IMG/VR virus record: IMGVR_UViG_3300028198_000279
Location: 1 to 35,108 of that record
DNA: 35,108 nt
DNA from: a virus
Strand: one strand, 5' to 3'
The translations under genes were made by a program, and so were the position numbers. The notes beneath the pieces were generated by a model. That model did no database searches. It worked only from the letters and a program-made list of their open reading frames with translations, and was not told the origin of the DNA. Every line of letters begins with the position of its first letter. The stretch's first letter is position 1. This document shows positions 24,986-34,908 of this stretch, piece after piece.

Positions 24986-26225
24986 TTATATTATCACCAT
25001 ATCGAATAACTGTACAACCATCTATATCTGAAATATATCTCCAAGGGTCAATAATCACCGAACCCTTTTCATATGGGAAACTTATAAACTCTGGATGTTT
25101 AGTTCCTATAAAATAACAACAAGGTTTTTCATCTAAAACTATATCCCAATCATCTACGTGAGGATCCCAGTTAAAAACCTCATGTCCTCTATCTTCTAAT
25201 ATGTTTTTTAAAAGTATTGCTGGACTTCCTACCGTGAGATTAGTTTCAGGTTTAAATGACTTTCCAAGAATACAAATTTTCTTATCTTCATAATGTTCTT
25301 CTATCAAATCTGCAAACATTTCAGTTTGAACTTCTCTTTGTTTCATTATATTATCAAACCAATTAAAACTCACACCCAACTTATCACTCAACCAACTCAA
25401 AGCTATATTATCTCGTGGATGACAACCACCACCATCTCCCATACCACCACTCAAGTATTTATCTGAAATAATCCTAACGTCACACATTTTTAAGGCGTTC
25501 ATCACATCATCTACATTTGTATTTGGTAAATGTTCACACATTTCCATTACGTTATTTACAAATGCTATCTTAGTTCCAATATAAGTGTTATAAGTAACTT
25601 TAATCAATTCTGCATTCTCAATAGTTGTTTCATAAAATGGAGCGTGATTTATTGTTCTATAAAATTTCTTTGCCTTTTCTGCGGCCTTTTTATCATCAAC
25701 ACCAAATAAAATAATTTCTGGTCTTAAAAAATCTTCAATGGTTGTTCCCATAGCAATAAAGAATGGATTGTAACATAATTTAATATAAGTACTTAAATTT
25801 GGTAAAATTTCTCTACGAATTGTTCCAGGTAGAACTGTAGAAATCACTATAACTACCATTTCCTTATTTTGTTTTATTAACTCCTCATCTAAATCCATAA
25901 GGCCTTGTTTTAAATAAGTGTAATCAAAATCTTCTCTCTCATCTGGTATTTTAGTTGTTCCTTCAAACTTTTCACCGTGTGGTGTTTGTATTGGAACAAA
26001 AATAATTTCTGAATGTTTTACTACTTCTTCTACACTCTTTATTTCTATTTTACTTTTATCTAAAAATCCTTGTGCATTAACTTCTTGATACTTTAATTTT
26101 TTAGTATCAATAATTTCTTTAACTTGGTCTGAAGGATCATAACCTACTACTTTATGACCCCTTGATTCTATTACCAGTGCACATGGTAAACCAAGTTTTC
26201 CCAATCCTATAAATCCTATATTCAT
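24978..26225 (-). CDS. UDP-glucose/GDP-mannose dehydrogenase family protein
   Basis: GFIGLGKLG Rossmann motif, ISTVLPGT, YNPFF, AELIK, catalytic GGGCHPRD (Cys codon 25422-25424) and ILG.SFKPET. Confidence 0.95.
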   Translation of the reverse strand: MNIGFIGLGKLGLPCALVIESRGHKVVGYDPSDQVKEIIDTKKLKYQEVNAQGFLDKSKIEIKSVEEVVKHSEIIFVPIQTPHGEKFEGTTKIPDEREDFDYTYLKQGLMDLDEELIKQNKEMVVIVISTVLPGTIRREILPNLSTYIKLCYNPFFIAMGTTIEDFLRPEIILFGVDDKKAAEKAKKFYRTINHAPFYETTIENAELIKVTYNTYIGTKIAFVNNVMEMCEHLPNTNVDDVMNALKMCDVRIISDKYLSGGMGDGGGCHPRDNIALSWLSDKLGVSFNWFDNIMKQREVQTEMFADLIEEHYEDKKICILGKSFKPETNLTVGSPAILLKNILEDRGHEVFNWDPHVDDWDIVLDEKPCCYFIGTKHPEFISFPYEKGSVIIDPWRYISDIDGCTVIRYGDNIND

Positions 26226-27115
26226 TTTAATTTATCTCCAATCTGATATGATATACACAAACGATTAACTTCCGTTCCTCTATTTAATTCTTTATATTCA
26301 TCTCCACCGAAAGCAAATATAACACAATCACTTGGTTTCAAATTATTCTCTTTACAAAATTCAAGTTGTTTATTCTTATATTTGTTCACACTAAAATCTG
26401 GAGGAAAGTGTGATAACAATTTAGTACCAAGATGTGCGGATAAATGACTGTATTGATTCCACTCATTCATAATATGTATATTATCATCATAATACTTTTT
26501 CGTATACCTTATACCACCTCGTATTCTATTAGAAAGATGAAAACCTTTACTTAAACTAAATGTTATATCTTCAATGCAGTCGTACTTTGTGAAATCAAAG
26601 TTTATTCCTTCTCCAATCACATAATAAGCACAATCAATCAATACAGGTACTCCCCATCTTTCACACTCATCTAATATTTCTCTCATCTTTGGATGCTCCA
26701 TACCATAATCTGAAAATGGCAAACTAATAACAACTGCATCATCAGGTAGAATATCTTCATCTTCCAAATAACACCATGTGTGAAACTTCTTCCAATTTGC
26801 TTTATGATAAAAGAATTCTCCTTTAAAACATCTAAATCTTCTATCGTGATTTCTCATCCAAAAACTATCAAATGTTTGACTTGTTCCTGCTACAAAAGAC
26901 CTATGTTCATAAGTGTCTAATCCTTTTAAATTATTTAACTTTGATGCTTTAATATATTCATCAAATTTATCTGTAAATAACTTTCCATTTTTAGGGAAAG
27001 AATAATGGTCTGTGATAATCACATCAGTTAAATCCTTCAACGATTCTTTCCAAAATTCTACAACTTCCAAATCTGGAATTGCGTTCCCGCCTCTATATTT
27101 TTCTGTTATATTCAT
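26222..27115 (-). CDS. PLP-dependent enzyme-like protein (fold type I; aminotransferase/decarboxylase-like)
   Basis: AGTSQ phosphate-binding-like segment, VLIDCAY (PLP Asp) and FSLSKGF (candidate Schiff-base Lys at 26546-26548). Confidence 0.65.
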   Translation of the reverse strand: MNITEKYRGGNAIPDLEVVEFWKESLKDLTDVIITDHYSFPKNGKLFTDKFDEYIKASKLNNLKGLDTYEHRSFVAGTSQTFDSFWMRNHDRRFRCFKGEFFYHKANWKKFHTWCYLEDEDILPDDAVVISLPFSDYGMEHPKMREILDECERWGVPVLIDCAYYVIGEGINFDFTKYDCIEDITFSLSKGFHLSNRIRGGIRYTKKYYDDNIHIMNEWNQYSHLSAHLGTKLLSHFPPDFSVNKYKNKQLEFCKENNLKPSDCVIFAFGGDEYKELNRGTEVNRLCISYQIGDKLK

Positions 27116-27980
27116 ACAACCTCTGTATACCTTCCGTCAATGTTATAAATTCAAAATCAATAGTATTTTCTAAATGAGTAAAGTCTGCTCTATAACTTCT
27201 CGTATCTTCATTATTGGCATAACTAACATATTCAGAAATATTTATATTTAAAGTTTTTGATATTTCATCAACTATATCCTGTTTAGTTAAATTTAATTCA
27301 TCGCAACCCACATTTATTATTCCCTCAAAATCCTTATCTAACAATTGTAACAAAATATCTGCACAATCAGATACATATAAATTTGGTCTCCAAGTATTTT
27401 TCCCATATATTTCAAATTTCTCTTTGTTCATAACACACTTTACAAACTCATTTATCATTAAATCGTTTCTTACCACATCACTAACTCCAAATAATGTTGC
27501 CTGTCGTGCAACTATTGGGCTAACTGGATTAGCAGAATATAAATTATATAAAAATAATTCTGATTTATATTTTAATTCTGCATAATGTGATATCAACTCT
27601 ACACTATCGTGTTCATTCATATCTCCAGTCCTAAATCCATAAACACTACAACTACTTGGAAACACAAACTTTCTAACTTTATTTTTAAGACATAAACCAT
27701 GTAATACTTTTAAATCCTCTAAACCATCTTCTATTTCTTTATCCGAATTAATATCTTGTATTCGTGGGCCCGCTAAGTGAAATACTGCATCCACCCCATC
27801 AAAATGTTTTTCATATTCTTTTATATTCTTTATATCATCTTCTATAAATACAGTATTATCTTCCCATCGTCTTTTAACATTATATATTAGTTTATCAATT
27901 ACAACCAATTCATGACCAGAAAGTTTTTCACACAAATGGTGTCCTAAATATCCTGCTCCTCCTGTTATCAAATACTTCAC
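27093..27980 (-). CDS. NAD-dependent epimerase/dehydratase (extended SDR)
   Basis: ITGGAGYLG, FHLAG, SSCSVYG, YAELK and R.ATLFG. Confidence 0.93.
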   Translation of the reverse strand: MKYLITGGAGYLGHHLCEKLSGHELVVIDKLIYNVKRRWEDNTVFIEDDIKNIKEYEKHFDGVDAVFHLAGPRIQDINSDKEIEDGLEDLKVLHGLCLKNKVRKFVFPSSCSVYGFRTGDMNEHDSVELISHYAELKYKSELFLYNLYSANPVSPIVARQATLFGVSDVVRNDLMINEFVKCVMNKEKFEIYGKNTWRPNLYVSDCADILLQLLDKDFEGIINVGCDELNLTKQDIVDEISKTLNINISEYVSYANNEDTRSYRADFTHLENTIDFEFITLTEGIQRLYEYNRKI

Positions 27981-27982
27981 AA

Positions 27983-28765
27983 TTAGTACTCCTCTCCACC
28001 TTCACCTACATAGTGAGAAGTAGTAACTTCTTCTTCATATAGTTTTTGGTGTGTGTATTCCATACTTGCATAAGTACTTCTATGTGGTAGATTTTTTGGA
28101 TCATACTCACTTGAACTAAGATAATAAAAAAATCTTATTGCACATCTACCCTCAACATCATCAGGACAATTAACAGTACTTACTGAATGCCAATCTCCTT
28201 TTTGCTGTGATTCTTCATACCACATATTTTCCTTAATAACAAATCTATTAAACGTTGGTGCTACCGAACCTAACAGTTTAGCACTTGAATCAACATCTTT
28301 ATTCTTATCCCATACTTGATGGTGACCACCCCATTCATCTTTCCAATCTGGAGTTATGAATAAAAGTGATGTTAAAGTTCTGTGTAATCGTAATCTATCA
28401 TTCCAATTAAAATCATAATGACAACCAAGATTACTTCCATTTCTAAATATAGAAAATCCAGTACCAACTAAATGTGGGTCTGGTATTAATCCTACTACAC
28501 CTGTCAGTTGTTCTAAGTCATACAACATCTCGCCCGAATGCATCAAGTCATATGTAACTTGGTGTGCTGTAGGACACGAGATTAAATCATTAAACTCTTC
28601 CATACGAGAACCAGCCCGTGTGAAAACTGTCCATCCACCTTTCGGTGCACTAATACATTCCTCATATATTTTTAAACAAGTTTCTTCATCTAAAAAATTA
28701 TCAAAAACGGCATGTGGAACTCCTGCCTTTTTATTTTTATCCCACTCTTGTTTTTTATTAATCAT
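27983..28765 (-). CDS. 2OG-Fe(II) oxygenase (prolyl-4-hydroxylase-like)
   Basis: LGCHYDFN HxD motif, W..EWGG, P.FNR, distal HSV and R (RCAIRFFY). Confidence 0.9.
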   Translation of the reverse strand: MINKKQEWDKNKKAGVPHAVFDNFLDEETCLKIYEECISAPKGGWTVFTRAGSRMEEFNDLISCPTAHQVTYDLMHSGEMLYDLEQLTGVVGLIPDPHLVGTGFSIFRNGSNLGCHYDFNWNDRLRLHRTLTSLLFITPDWKDEWGGHHQVWDKNKDVDSSAKLLGSVAPTFNRFVIKENMWYEESQQKGDWHSVSTVNCPDDVEGRCAIRFFYYLSSSEYDPKNLPHRSTYASMEYTHQKLYEEEVTTSHYVGEGGEEY

Positions 28766-28776
28766 AGTTATCTCCT

Positions 28777-29580
28777 TTAATTATAAACATCTATAAATTC
28801 TCTTTTCATATGAGTTCCAGCACTTCGTATATTACCAATTTTTTGATATTGTATTAAAAAAGACCTTCTCCATCTATCTTTAGATTTATTCTCATCTGAA
28901 CCATGTAATACGTGAGAATTTAATGGTGTTACTGAACCAGCCTTTATTGGAACATATATTTTTGGCCATTTGTCTGTCCATACTCCATCAACCCAAGTAC
29001 CAGGAACATATAAAGGTTTACCTCGTTCATTTGGGTGTTCGTCTGGATTTCCCGCAATTCTTTTTTCATCTCTTGAAGCAAATTCAGTATGTGATGAATC
29101 TGGAATAGGATATACCATTCTATCTTTATGTGAACCAGGATACCAATATAAACACCCATTTTCTTCATCTGCATCATCTATTGCAATACTTACATTAATT
29201 ACTTCTCCATAATTCGCATGAGAATAAAATATATTATGATGCACATCTCTACCGAGTTCTCCTGGTGGTTTAAAATACATCCAAGTTTGAGTTGCCTCTA
29301 TCTTACAATCTGGAATATCCAAATCTTTCCCCATCAGAGTTTCTATCATACTAACAATTCGTTTATCTTTCAATATTTTTGAAAATAATTCTGAATCTTT
29401 ATGTGGGTGTCTATAAAATCTATATTGATTAGCAAATCGTTTTTTCTTCTCCGAATCCCTTTCGTTGAGTAATCTCACAGATTCGCTTCTCATTTCTTCT
29501 ACTTCTTCTGGAGTAAATAATGGATAATTTATAAATCCATTTTCTTGCCAGGTGTTTATTAACTGTTCGCTATTTTTCAT
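28777..29580 (-). CDS. Phytanoyl-CoA dioxygenase (PhyH)-family 2OG-Fe(II) enzyme, paralog A
   Basis: W.ENGF, YFKPPG, HHN, AIDDA.EENGCL...PGSH and HVLHGS..N.S..R. The ATG at 29580 has a GAGGAG SD and is preferred over 29604. Confidence 0.9.
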   Translation of the reverse strand: MKNSEQLINTWQENGFINYPLFTPEEVEEMRSESVRLLNERDSEKKKRFANQYRFYRHPHKDSELFSKILKDKRIVSMIETLMGKDLDIPDCKIEATQTWMYFKPPGELGRDVHHNIFYSHANYGEVINVSIAIDDADEENGCLYWYPGSHKDRMVYPIPDSSHTEFASRDEKRIAGNPDEHPNERGKPLYVPGTWVDGVWTDKWPKIYVPIKAGSVTPLNSHVLHGSDENKSKDRWRRSFLIQYQKIGNIRSAGTHMKREFIDVYN

Positions 29581-29689
29581 AGTATTTCTCCTCATACCAC
29601 TCAACTGTTTCTTCTAACCACTCAATTATCTTATTAGTCCAACTTGACGGAACGGGTGAATTATCCCACTCTCTTTTTTTATATATCAT
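29570..29689 (-). pseudogene. 39-aa mini-ORF resembling an internally deleted SDR epimerase C-terminus
   Basis: Below the track cutoff. GGAG SD, then MIYKKREWDNSPVPSSWTNKIIEWLEETVEWYEEKYYEK*. EWDNS and EETVEWY match the C-terminus of the 30481 SDR. Confidence 0.6.
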
Positions 29690-30554
29690 TTTAACTCCAT
29701 TTTAATTATAAACATCTATTAATTCTCTTTCCATATGTGCACCAGCAAAAAAGTTTCCACCCTTTTTAGCATATCCTGATAAAAATGCTCCTCTCCACTT
29801 ATCCTTAGAAACATTATCATCTGAACCATGTAATACGTGTGAATGTAAAAATGTTACTGTGCCTTCCTTTGCAGGTAAGTATACTTTTGGATATTTATCC
29901 ACCCACTCACCATTCACATACGTACCAGGAACAAATATCGGTTTACCTCGTTCATTTTCCCAACCACTTGGATTTGTTTTCATTCGTTCTTCATCTTTTA
30001 AATCATCTGGTATTGGATAACATATTTTTTCTTTATGTGAACCTGGATAATAATATAAACACCCATTTTCTTCATCTGAGTCATTAAGTGCTAAACTAAT
30101 ATTAATTATTTCTCCCCAATCAGAATGAGAATAAAATATGTTTTGGTGCACATCTCTACCAAGTTCTCCTGGTGGTTTAAAATACATCCAAGTTTGGTGT
30201 CCATTAACTTTACAATTTGAAATATTTAAATCACTTCCAATTAAAAGCTCTACCACATCAAGTATTCTTTTATCCTTCATCACACTCTCAAATAATTTAG
30301 AATCTTTATGTGGATATTGATATGGTTGGTGTCCATCCATACCGTGTTTTTCCCAATCTGGATCTCTTTCGTTAAGTAATCTCCACGATTCTTTTCTCAA
30401 TTCTGCAACTTCCTCTTTAGAAAAAAGTTGTAAGTTAATTAATCCAGTTAGATTCCACATATCTAATATTTGTTTTCTATCTACCATCCCAAACTTTTAC
30501 CGATGTTTGCCAAATACCCCGATTTGGCCAAATACCACTCAACTGTTTCTTCTA
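29594..30554 (-). repeat. Exact 23-bp direct repeat flanking PhyH paralog B (29594-29616 and 30532-30554)
   Basis: The plus-strand sequence ataccactcaactgtttcttcta occurs at both positions. Confidence 0.95.
29702..30487 (-). CDS. PhyH-family 2OG-Fe(II) enzyme, paralog B
   Basis: Highly similar to paralog A (TWMYFKPPGELGRDVHQNIFYSH, ENGCL, HVLHGSD). Confidence 0.9.
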   Translation of the reverse strand: MVDRKQILDMWNLTGLINLQLFSKEEVAELRKESWRLLNERDPDWEKHGMDGHQPYQYPHKDSKLFESVMKDKRILDVVELLIGSDLNISNCKVNGHQTWMYFKPPGELGRDVHQNIFYSHSDWGEIINISLALNDSDEENGCLYYYPGSHKEKICYPIPDDLKDEERMKTNPSGWENERGKPIFVPGTYVNGEWVDKYPKVYLPAKEGTVTFLHSHVLHGSDDNVSKDKWRGAFLSGYAKKGGNFFAGAHMERELIDVYN

Positions 30555-31461
30555 TACCTTCCTCAAAAGTATATTCGGGTTTAAATCCAAGTTCATTTTG
30601 TATTCTCTCTGTACTACACGCCCTAAAAGGAATTGTTGTAGGTTTAGAATTGTCCCATTCAACTTTAGGAGTTTTACCAGTAACTTTAAGTATAGTATCT
30701 ACTATTTCCCCTATGGTGATTGTTGAACCATAACCAAGATTATATGGTCTCATAGATTCACCTTTTTCTAATACTAATAAAGCACCCTTTACAACATCTT
30801 TTACATACAGAAAATCTCTAACCACATCAGGACTTCCCCACACTACAAATGGATCTTCATCCATCAACACTCGTTTAATGAGTGCTGGAATTACATGACA
30901 AGTTTTTAAATCAAAGTTATCGTGGGGCCCGAATATTGCTGTTCCACGTGCAATCCCCATCTTCATATCTGTTAGATGTGAGGTATGTTCTATAAGTTTT
31001 TCTCTATATCTTCTCATCCACCCATAACCATAATAAGAAATATATGGTTCATCATCCCAATACTCATCTTCCGTGATTGGATATCGTCTATCGGGATAAC
31101 CAGTTGAACTATTTAGGTCTAAAAACCCTTCTATACCTGCCTGATAACTAGCATCCAAAACATTTGTAATAACATTTATTTGATTAAGTGTAACTTGAAA
31201 ATCTGTAGGAACACTAGCAGGATGACAAATATTTCCTGCACTATGAATAACATAATCTGCACCCACTATCAAATTTAATGCACCATCTAAAGTTTCTAAA
31301 TCTATATCATCAACAACTTCTATTCTCTCATCTTGAATTTTAAGTGGATTCTTATGTGTATGAGTTATTACTTGTGCTCCTCTTGATAATAATTCCTCTA
31401 TGTAATGTGTAGCTATAAAACCACTCCCACCTGTTATAACTACTTTTTTATCTTTAAACAT
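30481..31461 (-). CDS. Extended SDR, GDP-L-fucose synthase/colitose synthase-like epimerase-reductase
   Basis: ITGGSGFI, HSAG, N.ST.YP, YGWMR, FGPHDNFD..TCHVIPALI and WGS..VVRDFLYV. Confidence 0.88.
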   Translation of the reverse strand: MFKDKKVVITGGSGFIATHYIEELLSRGAQVITHTHKNPLKIQDERIEVVDDIDLETLDGALNLIVGADYVIHSAGNICHPASVPTDFQVTLNQINVITNVLDASYQAGIEGFLDLNSSTGYPDRRYPITEDEYWDDEPYISYYGYGWMRRYREKLIEHTSHLTDMKMGIARGTAIFGPHDNFDLKTCHVIPALIKRVLMDEDPFVVWGSPDVVRDFLYVKDVVKGALLVLEKGESMRPYNLGYGSTITIGEIVDTILKVTGKTPKVEWDNSKPTTIPFRACSTERIQNELGFKPEYTFEEGIEETVEWYLAKSGYLANIGKSLGW

Positions 31462-32426
31462 TATAATGATGCTCCATATGTTAATGGAAACCCATTTCTA
31501 AAATGACTAACATCATTATTGATAATAATCTGATATGCCATTATCAATTCTTTAATTCCATCATCCAAAGAATATTCTGGTTTCCATCCAGTTTTTTCTA
31601 CTTTTTCATTACTCACAATATAATCCCTTTTATCTGGATCTTTATAATAATCCGAATAAGTTATTGTTAAATCTGGAATATATTCTTTAATTTTTTCTGC
31701 TAATTGTTGTTTATTAATATTCGTATCTGATAACCCCACATTAAAAATTTCTCCCCTACAATCATCATAATTATCAATCATAAAATCAAATACATTTGCC
31801 ACATCTCTAATATGAATATAATTACGAATAAATTCTCTTTCAAATATTGTAATATATTTATCAGTTAGTGCCTTATACACAAATTCATTTACTAATAAAT
31901 CCAATCTCATCTTAGGTGATACTCCAAATACCGTGGCTAATCTAAATACAATTCCGTTACTAAATGATTTAACATAATTTTCTGCATCACATTTAGTGTG
32001 TCCGTAATGTGAAATTGGTGTTAACGTATCCTGTTCTGTAACTTCTCCATCTGTTCTACTCCCATATCCACTATTGGTATTTGGAAATAATAGTAATTGG
32101 TCTGGAGACATATTATCAACAATTTCCGTTACTTGATAATAATTTATTTGAGTTGCTAATTGTTTATCCTTTTCACAGGCAGGAAATCCAACTACTCCAG
32201 CCAACGGTATAATACAATCAGACTTATCAATATAGTTCTTCAATTTTTTATTATCTCTAACATCACCATACACAAATTTAAAATTCTTTTTATAACATAA
32301 ATCAGTTAATGTCAATTGATTATACATTAAATTATCATATACGGTTACATTATGTCCTTTATCTAATAATAAAGGAACAATAACTGATCCGAGATATCCT
32401 GCACCACCTGTAATTAATATTCTCAT
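31461..32426 (-). CDS. NAD-dependent epimerase/dehydratase (extended SDR)
   Basis: ITGGAGYLG, PLAGVVG.PAC, YGHTK, RLATVFG.S..MRLDLLVN and RNYIHIRD. Confidence 0.93.
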   Translation of the reverse strand: MRILITGGAGYLGSVIVPLLLDKGHNVTVYDNLMYNQLTLTDLCYKKNFKFVYGDVRDNKKLKNYIDKSDCIIPLAGVVGFPACEKDKQLATQINYYQVTEIVDNMSPDQLLLFPNTNSGYGSRTDGEVTEQDTLTPISHYGHTKCDAENYVKSFSNGIVFRLATVFGVSPKMRLDLLVNEFVYKALTDKYITIFEREFIRNYIHIRDVANVFDFMIDNYDDCRGEIFNVGLSDTNINKQQLAEKIKEYIPDLTITYSDYYKDPDKRDYIVSNEKVEKTGWKPEYSLDDGIKELIMAYQIIINNDVSHFRNGFPLTYGASL

Positions 32427-33478
32427 AAATTCAAACTCCCTATTATATATTCTGTAAATATTCTATGTCCTATTAGTGATGGATGATATGCTCCTCTATC
32501 TTCAAAAATATTATTACTATCTTTCATCCAATCCATTGCCTTCTCCCATTTGTCACACTCATCTAAAATACATTGTATACTTTCAGTATCTTTATGAAAA
32601 AATCCACCTAATCCACTTTTAGATATATCTTCCCAATGTGGATTACCACCAACACTAACAGGTAAAGTATCTCCATATTTCTTTTTAAGTGAATTAACTA
32701 TCTTATCACTACCATATTTTAAAGTCAATTCATAAAAATACTCAATCATAACTTTATCAATCGTTTTGATGTTACCAAAATCTCCACCTAACCACCGAGT
32801 AAAATTTCTCCATACTATAAATTCACAATTTGGATATTGTTCTTGTAACTTATTTAACTTATCACTAAACCAATTTTCATAATTTACAAAATAATCATAA
32901 AATGAATTTCCTCGTAACCCTATTAATTCTTCACTATCAGCAGTTTCGTGTTTCCAATCTCGGCCTGTTTCGGTTAATTGTACAACTACATAAACTTTAT
33001 CATATGTGTTTGATAAATACTCAATAGAACTTTCTAATCCCATTAAAATACCAACATTAGATTGTCCTGGTACTGCCTTTAACAAATAATCTGTATCTAA
33101 TAATCTTGAAAAGTGGCCACCTAAATTATTATTCATTCTATATGAAAAATTATCATACCTAAATCTTTGTTCTCCAACCGATTTAATAGTGGTTGCCATA
33201 CTATCACCAAAAGTAAAACTTTCCCCAAAAAATGCACTACATACTTTTTTTCCTCTTTCAACTAACACATCAGTATTAGGATGTGTTATTGAACCAGGAT
33301 CAATCTCCGAACTTACTGGTGGCCACTTAAAAATTAATTCGGAATCAGTTAATATATTATTTTCTCCAGAAAAAATATCAGGTGTAGTTGTAAGATGTAA
33401 AGGAGGATCAGTATGGAGAGGGCCCCATTCGTGTATCAACTTTGGTAAATTTTCTTCCCAATTAATATTATATTTCAT
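32423..33478 (-). CDS. SGNH-like hypothetical protein
   Basis: FFGESFTFGD, A.PGQSN, QLTE.GR and C-terminal YHPSLIGH. Confidence 0.55.
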   Translation of the reverse strand: MKYNINWEENLPKLIHEWGPLHTDPPLHLTTTPDIFSGENNILTDSELIFKWPPVSSEIDPGSITHPNTDVLVERGKKVCSAFFGESFTFGDSMATTIKSVGEQRFRYDNFSYRMNNNLGGHFSRLLDTDYLLKAVPGQSNVGILMGLESSIEYLSNTYDKVYVVVQLTETGRDWKHETADSEELIGLRGNSFYDYFVNYENWFSDKLNKLQEQYPNCEFIVWRNFTRWLGGDFGNIKTIDKVMIEYFYELTLKYGSDKIVNSLKKKYGDTLPVSVGGNPHWEDISKSGLGGFFHKDTESIQCILDECDKWEKAMDWMKDSNNIFEDRGAYHPSLIGHRIFTEYIIGSLNL

Positions 33479-34388
33479 TTAAATACCAGTCTATTGTTTT
33501 TTCTATACCATCTTTTAACTTTACTCTTGGATTAAATCCTAATTCGTGTGCCCTTCTCATACTCATTAATCTTTTCATATCACCATTTGGTTTTGATTCA
33601 TCATATATTCTCGGTTTTTTAAAATATTCTGATACTATTGTTGCTATGTCTGAGATTGTTACTCCCGTTCCACTACCAAGATTTACAGTATCGTTATGTT
33701 TATTTTTAACCATATGTAACATACCTCGTGCAACATCTTCAGAATAAATAAAATCTCTAATTGGTGTTCCATCACCCCAAACATTTATCTCATCATCTTC
33801 TACTCCCTTTTTAATCAAAGATGGGATCACCATAGAATTTTTTCCAAAATTATCATACGGCCCATAAATGTTTGCAGGTCTCACAATAGATATATTCTCA
33901 TATCCATATGTGGCTCTAATAGAATAACAACTTAACTCACCCATACGTTTTATATAACCAGGAACTTTATCATTATCACTCGGAACTGTATGCCAAACTT
34001 TATCCTCTTCATAAATTTCCATTGGTGGATATACACCTATTGAACTCGTATATAGAAACCACTTTGGTTTATATTTACCAACTGCCTCAATTACATTAGT
34101 GTCAAATTGTAACATTGGTAGATATTCTGCTGGACTATTTTTTGCCGTATCGGGAGAACCTTTCTTCCCTGCCAGATGATACACATGGTCAAAATCTGCA
34201 ACAATACTTGCATTTGATTTAAATGTTAAATCTGCCTGATGATATTTAACTCCCTTTGGTAAATCTTTGGGTGTCTTATAATCTAAATCAAGAACACACA
34301 CCTCATCATATTCTTCAGCACACAACTTTGTTAATTGTCTACCTACCATTCCCATTCCACCAATAATAAGAGCACTCTTATTTTTCAT
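33468..34388 (-). CDS. Extended SDR, GDP-fucose synthase-like
   Basis: IIGG.GMVG, YHLAG.KG, TSSIGVYP, RPANIYGP.DNF, VIPSLI and WGDG.PIRDF. The start is likely the ATG at 34388. Confidence 0.88.
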   Translation of the reverse strand: MKNKSALIIGGMGMVGRQLTKLCAEEYDEVCVLDLDYKTPKDLPKGVKYHQADLTFKSNASIVADFDHVYHLAGKKGSPDTAKNSPAEYLPMLQFDTNVIEAVGKYKPKWFLYTSSIGVYPPMEIYEEDKVWHTVPSDNDKVPGYIKRMGELSCYSIRATYGYENISIVRPANIYGPYDNFGKNSMVIPSLIKKGVEDDEINVWGDGTPIRDFIYSEDVARGMLHMVKNKHNDTVNLGSGTGVTISDIATIVSEYFKKPRIYDESKPNGDMKRLMSMRRAHELGFNPRVKLKDGIEKTIDWYLNEI

Positions 34389-34908
34389 TATAATAATCTC
34401 CCCACTCAATTAATAATGTAGAACAATCTGTATTATATGCTTCCTCAAATTCTGGAAATATTTGTTCTGGTTCATTTAACAACACCACATTAACTTCATG
34501 TAACATTCGCATTATTGGGTCTGTATAATCTTGTGTGTGTTGAATGCCACCATCAAGTGGTTTCTTAGAACCAATAGAAGTTCTCATTATTACTTTTGGT
34601 TTAAACGTCCCTTCAGTCATATGTTGCATTTTATCTAAATGATTTACTAAAGCATCCATACATCTTAATATAAAATCAAATCGTGGAAAACAACAAATAG
34701 GAACTAACCCATCTAACGCCATTCCTGTACTCATTCCCATTTGTATTTCTTCAAATACTGGTAATTCTATTCGTTTTTCTTCAGGTAAAGTTTTTAATGT
34801 ATTGTAAATTGCATTACCACTATACTTTACTGATTGGCCGATGAAAATTGTATCTTCTTTCTCACCCAACCACTCCATACTTCTTATTATTTCATCTTTA
34901 TACTTCAT
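34378..34908 (-). CDS. ThDP enzyme beta subunit (pyruvate dehydrogenase E1-beta/transketolase pyrimidine-binding domain, truncated)
   Basis: FIGQSV, RIELPVFEEIQMG..GMAL.G..P, RFDFI..MD.LVNH and P.DGGIQHTQD. The start at 34908 overlaps the upstream TAA (TAATG). Confidence 0.88.
   Translation of the reverse strand: MKYKDEIIRSMEWLGEKEDTIFIGQSVKYSGNAIYNTLKTLPEEKRIELPVFEEIQMGMSTGMALDGLVPICCFPRFDFILRCMDALVNHLDKMQHMTEGTFKPKVIMRTSIGSKKPLDGGIQHTQDYTDPIMRMLHEVNVVLLNEPEQIFPEFEEAYNTDCSTLLIEWGDYYNEK

Noticed and set aside
28944-29177. 77-aa minus-strand ORF nested in PhyH paralog A
   Set aside because: It is an alternative frame within a conserved enzyme gene, with no recognisable motif or SD.
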